The notes beneath the pieces were generated by a model, which was not told the origin of the DNA, made no database searches, and worked only from the letters and a program-made list of their open reading frames with translations. The position numbers and the translations under genes are program-made. Below are positions 31,673 through 40,883 of a stretch of 64,000 nucleotides of DNA, piece by piece. Source of the stretch: an uncultured Mageeibacillus sp. Its GTDB lineage: Bacteria > Bacillota > Clostridia > Saccharofermentanales > DTU023. The stretch spans positions 735-64,734 of the forward strand of contig CAYFTG010000002.1 in assembly GCA_964346175.1 (NCBI GenBank). The letters run 5' to 3'. Each line of letters opens with the position of its first letter. Position 1 is the stretch's first letter.

Positions 31673-33478
31673 ATGACGGACTACAAATACCCGCTACATC
31701 CCTATCATAAGATTACGGATTTGAAGGACATGCTGGAGCAATCACATCAGAAGCATCCGGACAATGTCGCATTCCTAAGCAAACCGGTCAAAGGCGAGCC
31801 TTACTTTCCGGTCAATTACAAGAAGTACTATGCTGACGTGGAAGCCGTGGGAACTATGCTGCTAGAACTCGGTTTCGGGCCCGACAGCCGCTTAGCCATT
31901 GTCGCAGAAACGCGATACGAATGGTACGTATCCTATCTGGCAGGCATGAACGGCGAAACAATCATGGTGCCGATTGACAAAGAACTTCAGAAAGACGAAC
32001 TGCTGAGCCTCTTTAATCGTTCTTATTGCGATGGGATCATCTACTCCCCGCAATTCGCTGATCGTGTGGAAAGCGTTGCAGATCAGGTACCCACCTTGAA
32101 GCATCTCATACTTATGAATGATTCTTCTTTTGCCACAGGCAAAACGGAGCAGGACGATGAGACAATTCACGACCATCTAACGGAGATTGTCCTGGAAGAC
32201 GGCACAGCTGTACCGGTAACTGCCTGGAACGATGTCCTGCGCGAAGGTCGTCGCTTGGTCTCCGGTGGAGATCAGCGTTTCCGAGAAGTCCAAATTGATC
32301 CCGAGGCAGTCAGAGTTCTCCTCTTCACATCCGGCACAACAGACAAATCCAAATGCGTTATGCACAGTCATAAAACGATTTGCGCTAACATTATGGAAAT
32401 GGGGCAGCTACTCTTCGTCGGGCTCAATAACGACGATATCGTGCTGTCGGTCTTACCGCTTAACCATACCTATGAGTGTACCTGCGGCTTTTTGTATCAG
32501 ATCTATAAAGGCGACACGATCGCCCAAGTCGAAGGTCTGCGTTATATTACCGATAATATGAAAGAATCCAAGGTCACCACCATCCTCGCCGTCCCGCTTC
32601 TGCTGGAATCCGTCCACCGTCAAGTGTGGAAAAACATCCGCAGACAGGGTAAAGAGAAGCTGGTCCGTCGCATGATGTCGCTGAGTCGCGGCCTGAAGAA
32701 AATCGGCATCGACATTCGCAGAAAGATCTTCAGTTCCATCCATGACGCTTTTGGCGGAAATATGAAAACTTTCATCTCCGGTGGAGCCGCTATAGATCCA
32801 CAAATCTTGCAAGATTTTTATGATTGGGGTTTTGTCGCCGTACAGGGCTATGGCCTGACCGAGTTCGCACCGATCCTAGCACTCAACCGTGAAAAATACT
32901 TCCGCCATGATTCTGCAGGTCTCCCCTTGCCCGGGAACGAGATCAAAGTCATCAACCCGGACGAAGACGGCATCGGTGAAATCCTCGGACGCGGTGCCAA
33001 TATGATGTTGGGCTATTATGAAGCCCCGGATCTGACCGCAGAAGCCATCATTGACGGCTGGTATCATACCGGCGACATGGGTTATCTTACTGATGAAGGT
33101 TTCCTCATCATAACCGGCCGCAAGAAAAACACCATCATTACTAAGAACGGCAAGAACATCTATCCCGAGGAATTGGAAGCCGTACTGAATCGGAATCCTG
33201 AGATCGCTGAAAGCGTAGTATCCGCTGAACCTCGTATCAGTGGCGATCACTTGATTGTTGTAGAAATCTTCCCAGACAAAGAAGCTGTCGAAGAGCGCCT
33301 AGGCAAGGGTGCTGACGAAGAACAGATTCTTAACTTGATGCAGGAGCTGGTGAAAAAGCTGAACAGCCAGATTCCTACCTATCAGGGAATCCGTGACGTC
33401 AGAATCAGGGATACAGAGTTCCCGAAGAACACATCACGTAAGATCCTTCGCGATTACAGCAAGAAAGAAGCTATCTAA
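31673..33478 (+). CDS. AMP-dependent acyl-CoA synthetase (long-chain fatty acid--CoA ligase-like)
   Basis: 601 aa. AMP-binding motif LFTSGTTDKSKCVMHSH, plus GYGLTE and the WYHTGDMGY...GRKKN motif. Confidence 0.85.
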   Translation: MTDYKYPLHPYHKITDLKDMLEQSHQKHPDNVAFLSKPVKGEPYFPVNYKKYYADVEAVGTMLLELGFGPDSRLAIVAETRYEWYVSYLAGMNGETIMVPIDKELQKDELLSLFNRSYCDGIIYSPQFADRVESVADQVPTLKHLILMNDSSFATGKTEQDDETIHDHLTEIVLEDGTAVPVTAWNDVLREGRRLVSGGDQRFREVQIDPEAVRVLLFTSGTTDKSKCVMHSHKTICANIMEMGQLLFVGLNNDDIVLSVLPLNHTYECTCGFLYQIYKGDTIAQVEGLRYITDNMKESKVTTILAVPLLLESVHRQVWKNIRRQGKEKLVRRMMSLSRGLKKIGIDIRRKIFSSIHDAFGGNMKTFISGGAAIDPQILQDFYDWGFVAVQGYGLTEFAPILALNREKYFRHDSAGLPLPGNEIKVINPDEDGIGEILGRGANMMLGYYEAPDLTAEAIIDGWYHTGDMGYLTDEGFLIITGRKKNTIITKNGKNIYPEELEAVLNRNPEIAESVVSAEPRISGDHLIVVEIFPDKEAVEERLGKGADEEQILNLMQELVKKLNSQIPTYQGIRDVRIRDTEFPKNTSRKILRDYSKKEAI

Positions 33479-33502
33479 GTACTTTGCACATCCCTAAACA
33501 AG

Positions 33503-33537
33503 AGCCTGATCCTGTGGCCACAGGATCAGGCTTTTTT
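33503..33537 (+). terminator. rho-independent terminator after the acyl-CoA ligase gene
   Basis: 14-bp palindromic stem AGCCTGATCCTGTG / CACAGGATCAGGCT, followed by T6. Confidence 0.85.
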
Positions 33538-33570
33538 ATTTGCAGCGACAAGAGGCTGTTCTCATTGTGC

Positions 33571-33603
33571 AAAAAAATAAATCCTGAGATCTCTCTCAGG
33601 ATT
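33571..33603 (-). terminator. rho-independent terminator after ftsH
   Basis: On the minus strand, AAATCCTGAGA pairs with TCTCAGGATTT and is followed by ATTTTTTTG. Confidence 0.75.
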
Positions 33604-33630
33604 TACGAAATTCTTTAATTTACTTAGTTC

Positions 33631-35622
33631 TTAATTGGAGGCAAAGAGCCAGGCGGAATAGCTGAGTGTAGATGTGCCTGTTTCATTGTCTACGCCTCTA
33701 CCGCCTTCAATTTTTGCTTCGGTATTGGCCATTTCTTCAGGACTAAAGATATGTTCCTGCTCTACTTCTTTATCTCCTGGAGGTGGCTTGTAGTCTACCG
33801 CGTAACGCTTGTATATATCTTCGAACTCTTCGGAATCAATCTTTTCTTTCTCTAAGAGAGCTTCGCACAATTCGTCCAAGAGGACTCGGTTCTTCTCTAA
33901 TAAAGCGATGGTCTTGTTATACGATTCTTCCAAAATGCGGGCAACTTCTTCATCGATAACGGTTTGCAAGCTCTCGCTGTGGCTGCGGGTGTGACCGTAG
34001 TCGCGGCCGAGGAAAACCTCATCGTCGTCGCCGATGATGACGTTTCCGAGACGCTCACTCATGCCGTATTTCGTGACCATGTTGCGGGCAATAGCGTTGC
34101 ATTGCTTCAAGTCCTGACCTGCGCCTGTGCTCATCTCGTTATAAACAAGCATCTCGGCAGCGCGGCCACCCAGGCCTGTCATGATCTCTCCTGTCAGCTG
34201 ACGCCGTGTCTTGAAATAAAGATCCTCGTTCGGACGCCAAGCGGTATAACCACCTGCCGCACCTGCGGGAATGATCGAGACGCGCTCGACGCGATCCGTT
34301 TCAGAGACTGCACGCAAAACAATGGCGTGTCCCGCTTCGTGATAGGCGGTACTTCTGCGTTCGCGTTCGTTGACCACGCGGCTCTTCTTTTCCGGTCCAA
34401 CCATAACCTTGAAGACTGCTTCGCTGATGTCGTCGTAGGTTATGACGCTCTGCTTTTTCCGGGCTGCCAACAAGGCACCTTCGTTAAGCAGGTTGGCCAG
34501 ATCAGCACCGGTGAAGCCGGATGTAATCCTGGCGATCTCGCTCAGGTCGACATCGTCGGCTAGAGGTTTTTCGCGCGCATGGACCTGCAAAATCGCTTCA
34601 CGTCCCTTTATGTCAGGGCGCATAATCATGATTTGTCGGTCAAAACGTCCAGGACGCAGCAAAGCCTGGTCTAGAATGTCCGGACGGTTGGTTGCTGCTA
34701 GAACAATAACACCTTCGTTAGGACCGAAACCGTCCATTTCGACCAGTAACTGGTTCAAGGTTTGTTCGCGCTCGTCGTGACCGCCGCCGAGACCTGCTCC
34801 GCGCTGGCGACCGACAGCGTCGATCTCATCGATGAAAACGATGCTAGGTGCTTGTTTTTTGGCGTTATTAAAGAGATCACGCACCCTTGAGGCGCCGACA
34901 CCAACAAACATCTCTACGAAATCTGAGCCGCTGATGGAAAAGAAAGGTACTTTTGCTTCACCGGCGACAGCTCTCGCCAGAAGGGTCTTGCCGGTTCCGG
35001 GTGAACCGACCAAAAGGATACCTGTGGGGATTTTCGCACCCAGTTCGGTATATTTTTTGGGGCTACGCAGGAAATCAACAACCTCCTGCAACTCGGCCTT
35101 TTCTTCTTCTGCGCCTGCTACATCTTCAAAGGTTACCTTGTTCTTGCCGGGATCGTTAAGTTTGGCTCGGCTTCTGCCAAAAGACATGGCCGACTTACCA
35201 TCTCCGGACTGACGCGAATAGGATACGTATATAAACGCACCGATGGACACCATCAGGAGTACAAGAAAGACCAGATTAATAATGCCGCCTATATCTGTTG
35301 GCTGATTATAGTCAAAAGTCTCAATTTTCCCATCCTGAGCAGCAGCTAAGAATTTCTCCAAATACAAATCTAAAGCCGTCGCGGGGATGGCTTTCTCTAT
35401 TTGGGCAGGCTTGCCGTCTGCAACAGCTGCTTCTGTCATGGTTAACTTTAGTGTAGTGCCGTCGAGCAAGATACTTTCGACGTCACCGTTTTCAATATAT
35501 TGTTCAACCTCAAAGAGGGTGACCGCTGGTTCACGCGTTTTATTTGACATGTAGACTGTCAGAAGTAGGATTCCGACCATCAGAATCAAATAAAACGACG
35601 TCCCCCTTGATCTTCTTTTCAT
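33631..35622 (-). CDS. ftsH: ATP-dependent zinc metalloprotease FtsH
   Basis: 663 aa. Two N-terminal TM helices, Walker A GSPGTGKT, Walker B FIDEIDA, SRH region, and the zinc motif HEAGHA. Confidence 0.97.
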   Translation of the reverse strand: MKRRSRGTSFYLILMVGILLLTVYMSNKTREPAVTLFEVEQYIENGDVESILLDGTTLKLTMTEAAVADGKPAQIEKAIPATALDLYLEKFLAAAQDGKIETFDYNQPTDIGGIINLVFLVLLMVSIGAFIYVSYSRQSGDGKSAMSFGRSRAKLNDPGKNKVTFEDVAGAEEEKAELQEVVDFLRSPKKYTELGAKIPTGILLVGSPGTGKTLLARAVAGEAKVPFFSISGSDFVEMFVGVGASRVRDLFNNAKKQAPSIVFIDEIDAVGRQRGAGLGGGHDEREQTLNQLLVEMDGFGPNEGVIVLAATNRPDILDQALLRPGRFDRQIMIMRPDIKGREAILQVHAREKPLADDVDLSEIARITSGFTGADLANLLNEGALLAARKKQSVITYDDISEAVFKVMVGPEKKSRVVNERERRSTAYHEAGHAIVLRAVSETDRVERVSIIPAGAAGGYTAWRPNEDLYFKTRRQLTGEIMTGLGGRAAEMLVYNEMSTGAGQDLKQCNAIARNMVTKYGMSERLGNVIIGDDDEVFLGRDYGHTRSHSESLQTVIDEEVARILEESYNKTIALLEKNRVLLDELCEALLEKEKIDSEEFEDIYKRYAVDYKPPPGDKEVEQEHIFSPEEMANTEAKIEGGRGVDNETGTSTLSYSAWLFASN

Positions 35623-35701
35623 GTTTATCCTTACTAATTCCTTTTACTAATAATCTATTCTATATATCCGTTATATCTTCACAAATAATTGCCGACAAAT
35701 C

Positions 35702-36241
35702 TTATTCTTGAGATTCATCGCTATCTCTTAATACTACTACATCAGATAAATTGCGGTAACGTCCATTCAAATCCAGCCCGTAGCCGACGATAAACTCATC
35801 GGGAATTTCCTTCCCGATATAGTCAATATGAATCGGGACAACGCGTCTTGAAGGTTTATCAAAAGCCGTACAAATACGTATGCTGGCGGGGTTACGGGTT
35901 GTCAGCATACTCTTCAAGTGACTCAGAGTAAGTCCTGTATCGACAATATCTTCAACAATTATGACATTTTTACCGGAAATGTCATAATCCAGGTCTTTAT
36001 GGATTTTTACCACGCCTGTGCTCTTCTCGCCTTTGTAACTGGAGACTGCCATAAAATCTAACATACAGGGTAAGTCGACATGGCGTACCAGATCCGCCAT
36101 GAACATGAAGGATCCTTTCAAGACACAGACAAAATAGACCTCGTGTCCGGCGTAATCAGCAGTTATCTGTTTTCCGATGCGCTCGCAAAACTCTTCAATT
36201 TCTTCTTTTGATACAAGTAAATGGTCGACAACTTTGTCCAT
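35702..36241 (-). CDS. hpt: hypoxanthine phosphoribosyltransferase
   Basis: 179 aa. PRPP-binding motif VIIVEDIVDTGLTL. Confidence 0.93.
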   Translation of the reverse strand: MDKVVDHLLVSKEEIEEFCERIGKQITADYAGHEVYFVCVLKGSFMFMADLVRHVDLPCMLDFMAVSSYKGEKSTGVVKIHKDLDYDISGKNVIIVEDIVDTGLTLSHLKSMLTTRNPASIRICTAFDKPSRRVVPIHIDYIGKEIPDEFIVGYGLDLNGRYRNLSDVVVLRDSDESQE

Positions 36242-36316
36242 TATGAACCTCCTGATGTTATGGCAATTTATAAAAAGTCTGATCTAGAATAGCCGTGGTT
36301 TACGTGAGGTATTCTA

Positions 36317-37366
36317 TCACAGCTCCTCATTGTTTAATAGTAATATGCGACTTTCTGAAACCTGCGCCACAAGACTCTGCGGCAAATGGTGACGGCGTTG
36401 TTTCTTATCTCCGTGCACTGCTTCAGCGATGGAAGCGGAGAGAATCGTCAAGTGAGCATGGCTCAATTCGGCTTGATCGGTGTCAAGTTTTTCCCTGTAA
36501 TAATTTTCCAGATATATTCTAAGCACACGCTTCTGTAGCGGCGGATCCAGCTCCGCCATAATGACGGTCGAAAGACTGCCGTCGGGAAGCAGTGCGTTTT
36601 TTATAAGTTTTTCAGCTGAAGTATTAAGGAAGTCTTCATCCTCTCGGGCTGAATTAATGTAGCGCAGCAAAACCGGCATCACGTCATAGTCCAACAATTC
36701 GGACCAGAGTGGGAGCAGCTGATGTCGGATACGGTTGCGCAAAAATTCAGGCGATAAATTTGTTTCATCTTCCCGCCAGTCGATTTTCTCCGCCACAGCG
36801 ACTTCTTTAAGTTCGTTCACACGAGTTTCTAAGAGGGGGCGAATAACGTCACCGTCAGAGATGCGCATTGCACCCACTCCCCTGCTACCGGAGCCGCGAC
36901 CCAAATTCAACAAAAAGGTTTCAACTGCATCATCGACATGATGTGCCAGTGCGATACGGCAGACCCCATTCGTGTGTGGGCGCTTTTCATCTATCAGGTC
37001 GCGGAAAAACTCTTGCCGCGCTTCGCGGCCGGCTGCTTCCAGACTCAGCTTCCTTCTTGTGGCCAGCGCCGGCACGTCAACATGCCGGACAGAGAGTTCG
37101 ACCTGAGCCTCGGCGCAGAGTTTCCTGACAAAAGCTTCGTCCTCATCTGCAGTTTGTTCGCGAATACCATGGTGTAAGTGGCAGGCTGAAAGTTCGAAAT
37201 CCAGCTCTTTGCGGTAATAGAGTAGAAAGTAAAAAAGCATTACTGAGTCCAGACCGCCGGAAAGGGCGCAGATAATATGATCAGAAGAAGAAATCAAACT
37301 GTTTCGTTCAACTGTTTCACGCAGCGACTGAAGAAAATTGTAGGCAGTTCTTGAATACGAATGCAT
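36317..37366 (-). CDS. tilS: tRNA(Ile)-lysidine synthetase (short form)
   Basis: 349 aa. PP-loop motif CALSGGLDSV. The tilS-hpt-ftsH order is conserved in Firmicutes. Confidence 0.88.
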   Translation of the reverse strand: MHSYSRTAYNFLQSLRETVERNSLISSSDHIICALSGGLDSVMLFYFLLYYRKELDFELSACHLHHGIREQTADEDEAFVRKLCAEAQVELSVRHVDVPALATRRKLSLEAAGREARQEFFRDLIDEKRPHTNGVCRIALAHHVDDAVETFLLNLGRGSGSRGVGAMRISDGDVIRPLLETRVNELKEVAVAEKIDWREDETNLSPEFLRNRIRHQLLPLWSELLDYDVMPVLLRYINSAREDEDFLNTSAEKLIKNALLPDGSLSTVIMAELDPPLQKRVLRIYLENYYREKLDTDQAELSHAHLTILSASIAEAVHGDKKQRRHHLPQSLVAQVSESRILLLNNEEL

Positions 37367-37374
37367 ACTTCTTA

Positions 37375-38754
37375 TTAGAAGGGTACCTCCGGTAGTGCGT
37401 CTTCACTTTCATAGAAAGTCATCAGAGCAGGGTTGAATTCCAGGATAGTCTTGCGCGTCTGACCCTGGCGGTTTTTCTCGACTATGAATTCAACATCAAT
37501 CACTTCTTCTGTGAAATCTTCTTCTTCGTCGACAGGCTTATGCAAAAACATAACTACGTCGGCATCCTGCTCAATCGATCCTGATTCACGTAGATCTGCC
37601 AGACGGGGCTGGCGTCCGCTCTTGTCAATTTCACGGTTCAGCTGGGACAAAGCTATAACCGGCACATCCAGTTCACGTGCCATTACCTTCAACGTCCGGG
37701 AGATTTCAGCTATTTGCTGTTGTCTATTCTCGGCCAAAGAGCGGCGACTGGCGCTGCCCATGAGCTGCAGGTAGTCAACAATTACCAGATCCAGCGAATG
37801 TTGCAACTGCAGTTGACGGCAACGAGCGTGAATCTCGACCGCTGAGATTGCAGATCTATCATCGATAAAAATCTTACGATTATAGAGGTCGCCCAAGGCC
37901 TTCCCGATCTGCTGCCAGCTCGCTTCATCTTTCATACGCAAACTTTCAAGCTTTTGCAGCGGCATCAGAGAACGCGAAATCAAGATACGTGTGGCCACTT
38001 CAGATTTACCCATTTCTAAACTGAAGATTGCTACAGTGGCATCCTCGAAACTCGCCACATTATGCCCAATATTTAGCGCCAAAGAAGATTTACCGATACC
38101 GGGTCTCGAAGCCAGAATATACAGTCCGCCCTTACGCAAACCTCCGATAATGGAGTCGATGCTGGGGAAGTGCGTCTTCAACTGTCGCGGGGCCTTGCCG
38201 CTGGCTCGCTCTTCCAGCTCACGTATGCGCTCTCTCAAAACTACACCAATACGCTCGAAGCCACTATTGTCGCTGTTTTCGCGAATCTGGTAAATCTTCT
38301 GAGCTGCCAGCTGGATCAGAGTGGAAGCATCCTCGTTCGAGGAATAGCAGAGGCTGATGATTTCATCCAGAGCGAAGATCAGCTGACGCTTCTCGGAATG
38401 ATTGAGTACAACTTCAATGTACTGCGGATAATTAGCCAGTATCGGTGTCTTGTCCGGCAAGGAAGCTATATACTCATAGCCGCCGGCTTGCCCGATCTGA
38501 TTATTAGATTCCAGATAATCCGTTACTGTTAAAATGTCGCATACTTCATTGCGGTCCGTCAGAGCCAGAATTGCATCATAGATCAAACGATGCTTAGGAT
38601 CGTAAAAATCTTCAACTGATAATTCGCTCACAGCTGCTGCCAGCTGCTCACTGCCATAGAGTGCACTACCCAGTACCGACTGCTCGGCCTGGATAGAGTG
38701 CGGTAATGTCAGACCCTGAAGGCGCGTGGAAAGCTTGGCCGGCCTCTTTTCCAA
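37375..38754 (-). CDS. dnaB: replicative DNA helicase DnaB
   Basis: 459 aa. PHSIQAEQSVLGS N-terminus, Walker A SRPGIGKSS, Walker B VIVDYLQLM. Confidence 0.96.
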   Translation of the reverse strand: MEKRPAKLSTRLQGLTLPHSIQAEQSVLGSALYGSEQLAAAVSELSVEDFYDPKHRLIYDAILALTDRNEVCDILTVTDYLESNNQIGQAGGYEYIASLPDKTPILANYPQYIEVVLNHSEKRQLIFALDEIISLCYSSNEDASTLIQLAAQKIYQIRENSDNSGFERIGVVLRERIRELEERASGKAPRQLKTHFPSIDSIIGGLRKGGLYILASRPGIGKSSLALNIGHNVASFEDATVAIFSLEMGKSEVATRILISRSLMPLQKLESLRMKDEASWQQIGKALGDLYNRKIFIDDRSAISAVEIHARCRQLQLQHSLDLVIVDYLQLMGSASRRSLAENRQQQIAEISRTLKVMARELDVPVIALSQLNREIDKSGRQPRLADLRESGSIEQDADVVMFLHKPVDEEEDFTEEVIDVEFIVEKNRQGQTRKTILEFNPALMTFYESEDALPEVPF

Positions 38755-38799
38755 CTTACTTCCTCCTCTTACGTTAGATCACTTAATACTTCAGATTAC

Positions 38800-39246
38800 T
38801 CACTCTTCTGTTTTTACAACAACAAAAAGCTTGGTCGATATGCTGGGATGCAGACGGATGGTAATTTCGTAGGTGCCCACAGTTTTAACAGTTTCGGACA
38901 GAGTTACATCACGTTTATCCACCTGATATCCCTCTTTTTGCAGAAGATCTGCGATATTTTGTGCGGTGATAGTGCCGTAAAGGCGCCCGCCCGAACCGGT
39001 TTTGACAGCCATCTCAATGTGTTTTCCGGACAGTTCGTCGGAAATCTTTTGAGCTTCTTCCAGCTGTTGCGCTTCACGTTCATCTCTAGCTTTAGCTTTA
39101 GCTTTCACTTCGTTCAGATTGGCGGCTGTTGCAGGAATGGCTAAATCCTTCTTGAAGAGAAAATTCTCCGCATAACCTCTTTTTACCTCAACCACTTCTC
39201 CGGCATGGCCTAGCTTCTTAACTCCTTCGGTCAATATAACTTTCAT
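38800..39246 (-). CDS. rplI: 50S ribosomal protein L9
   Basis: 148 aa. MKVILTEGVKKLG... Confidence 0.95.
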   Translation of the reverse strand: MKVILTEGVKKLGHAGEVVEVKRGYAENFLFKKDLAIPATAANLNEVKAKAKARDEREAQQLEEAQKISDELSGKHIEMAVKTGSGGRLYGTITAQNIADLLQKEGYQVDKRDVTLSETVKTVGTYEITIRLHPSISTKLFVVVKTEE

Positions 39247-39353
39247 AGATTATCTCCGGGAAATATATTCCCTTGCCTCCTATCTAATTATCAAAACTTT
39301 CTGAATCTTCATTCTAGCACGACCGGCAAGTCTTTGACTGCTTCAATAAATTA

Positions 39354-39398
39354 ATAAAAAAACTTGGCTGCGATTTCACGAATAATCGCAGCCAAGTT
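39354..39398 (-). terminator. rho-independent terminator after rpsR
   Basis: On the minus strand, a 14-bp stem AACTTGGCTGCGAT / ATCGCAGCCAAGTT is followed by T7. Confidence 0.85.
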
Positions 39399-39453
39399 AT
39401 ATTACTGTCGTTAATGACAGCAAAGTTCATTATGATGTCCTCTAAAAAAAGGA

Positions 39454-39699
39454 CTATTCTTCGGTGTATGGCAGTAAGGCAACGTGACGCGAGCGACGAA
39501 TGGCATTGGTCAGTGCACGCTGATGTTTGGCGCAGACACCTGTCATTCTGCGAGGCATAATTTTCTTACTTTCTGCAATATATCTTTCCAGAGTGTTGAC
39601 GTCTTTATAATCAATAGCGTCGACATGCTCTGCACAGAAAGCGCAATACTTCTTACGCCCGCGGCCGCCACCATAACTGCGGCGTCTTCTGTTACTCAT
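39454..39699 (-). CDS. rpsR: 30S ribosomal protein S18
   Basis: 81 aa. KKYCAFC...IDYKDV... Confidence 0.95.
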   Translation of the reverse strand: MSNRRRRSYGGGRGRKKYCAFCAEHVDAIDYKDVNTLERYIAESKKIMPRRMTGVCAKHQRALTNAIRRSRHVALLPYTEE

Positions 39700-39725
39700 G
39701 TTTACTCCTTAATTCAACTTATTAA

Positions 39726-40184
39726 TCAAGTCATATCAAACGGCAAGGCTGTCTCGTCTTCATCCGGATCAGGCAGGAATCCATCTCCACCACTACTTTT
39801 TGCAGGTCCACTCGAGTAATTGTTCGAATAGCTGTCGTAGTCGTTCTGGCCTTGTCTGTCGTCAGAGCGTTTTGATTCACAGAAATAAATCTGGTCGACT
39901 ATTACTTCCGTAATATAGCGACGCTGTCCGTCCTGATCTTCCCAGGAACGGGGCTGAATTGTACCTTCTACCAGCATGCGATCTCCCTTATGGAAATAGC
40001 GATGGGCAAAGTCCGCGGTCTGACGCCAGGCAACACAAGGAATAAAATCGGTCTGTCTTGTGCCATCTGCAGATTTATAACGTCTGTCGCAGGCAAGAGT
40101 GAAACTTGCCATTGATATGTTGCTCTGCGTTGTTCTGATCTCGGGATCTTTTGTTAGCCGTCCCATTAAAATAGCCTTGTTCAT
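39726..40184 (-). CDS. ssb: single-stranded DNA-binding protein
   Basis: 152 aa. MNKAILMGRLTKDPE OB-fold, with a C-terminal acidic tip ending DEDETALPFDMT. Confidence 0.95.
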   Translation of the reverse strand: MNKAILMGRLTKDPEIRTTQSNISMASFTLACDRRYKSADGTRQTDFIPCVAWRQTADFAHRYFHKGDRMLVEGTIQPRSWEDQDGQRRYITEVIVDQIYFCESKRSDDRQGQNDYDSYSNNYSSGPAKSSGGDGFLPDPDEDETALPFDMT

Positions 40185-40708
40185 TCAGCAGTCCTTTCTG
40201 CGGATGTCTGCTCAGCGTCTTCATCTGCGTTAGCAGTCTCGACTGCCTCGACTTCTTCAGAAGCTTCTTCAACGCTTTCTTCGACACTTTCAGCAGACTC
40301 TTCTTCGCTGACTTCTGCCTGAGCGCTTTCGATGATCAGCTGTTCAACCAGCTCTTCCGGATCATCGACTGAAAGCTCATCGATTTCTTTCTCACTCAAC
40401 TGTTTAACTGAGGGCATGAAATCGTTCTCCGATACTGTAATCAAATAGCGCAATACAAAATCGGTAATTCTCAGCAGACGTTCTATGTTTTGTGGTTGGT
40501 CGGGTTCAGCATGGAAATGGATGATAACGTAATAACCTTCACGTAGATCCTGAATCTCATACGCCAGTTTGCGACGGCCCCAGACGAAGACTTCTTCGAT
40601 TTCCCCAGCGGCTTCAACAACAGCCTGTACGCGTGTCATTTGTTCGCCGAGTGCTTCGTCTGTCAATGTTCCGTTAAGAACATACAGCAATTCATACTTC
40701 TTTTTCAT
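40181..40708 (-). CDS. rpsF: 30S ribosomal protein S6 with a long acidic C-terminal extension
   Basis: The start is placed at ATG 40708 (MKKKYELLYVL, GGAGGTG RBS). The 39 codons upstream in the ORF track have no RBS and are unlike S6. The last roughly 75 residues are a Glu/Ala/Ser-rich tail. Confidence 0.9.
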   Translation of the reverse strand: MKKKYELLYVLNGTLTDEALGEQMTRVQAVVEAAGEIEEVFVWGRRKLAYEIQDLREGYYVIIHFHAEPDQPQNIERLLRITDFVLRYLITVSENDFMPSVKQLSEKEIDELSVDDPEELVEQLIIESAQAEVSEEESAESVEESVEEASEEVEAVETANADEDAEQTSAERTAE

Positions 40709-40778
40709 TAGTTCACCTCCTCTCGGTCTATTGGCTCTGCAGCGGGCAGAGCGAGGATGCATTAAAAATCCATTCACT

Positions 40779-40807
40779 AATTTAGCATGATCTAAGTGCA
40801 TCGTCAA
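40779..40807 (-). promoter_or_regulatory. candidate rpsF operon promoter
   Basis: On the minus strand: TTGACG, a 17-nt spacer, then TAAATT. An approximately 70-nt leader follows, containing a CTCTGC/GCAGAG hairpin before the RBS. Confidence 0.4.
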
Positions 40808-40883
40808 GCCGACTGAGATCTCCACACTAGATTAAGTATATCAAGTATCTCAGGTTCCAGTTTTGATTTGATCGAAATTTTGC

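Noticed and set aside
36295-36522. 75-aa plus-strand ORF in the hpt-tilS junction.
   Set aside because: It mostly overlaps the 3' end of tilS on the opposite strand and has no RBS or recognisable motif.
40709-40825. 39-codon N-terminal extension of rpsF in the ORF track.
   Set aside because: There is no RBS, and the sequence is unlike S6. ATG 40708 is preceded by GGAGGTG and gives the canonical MKKKYELLYVL start. The upstream part holds the candidate promoter and leader.
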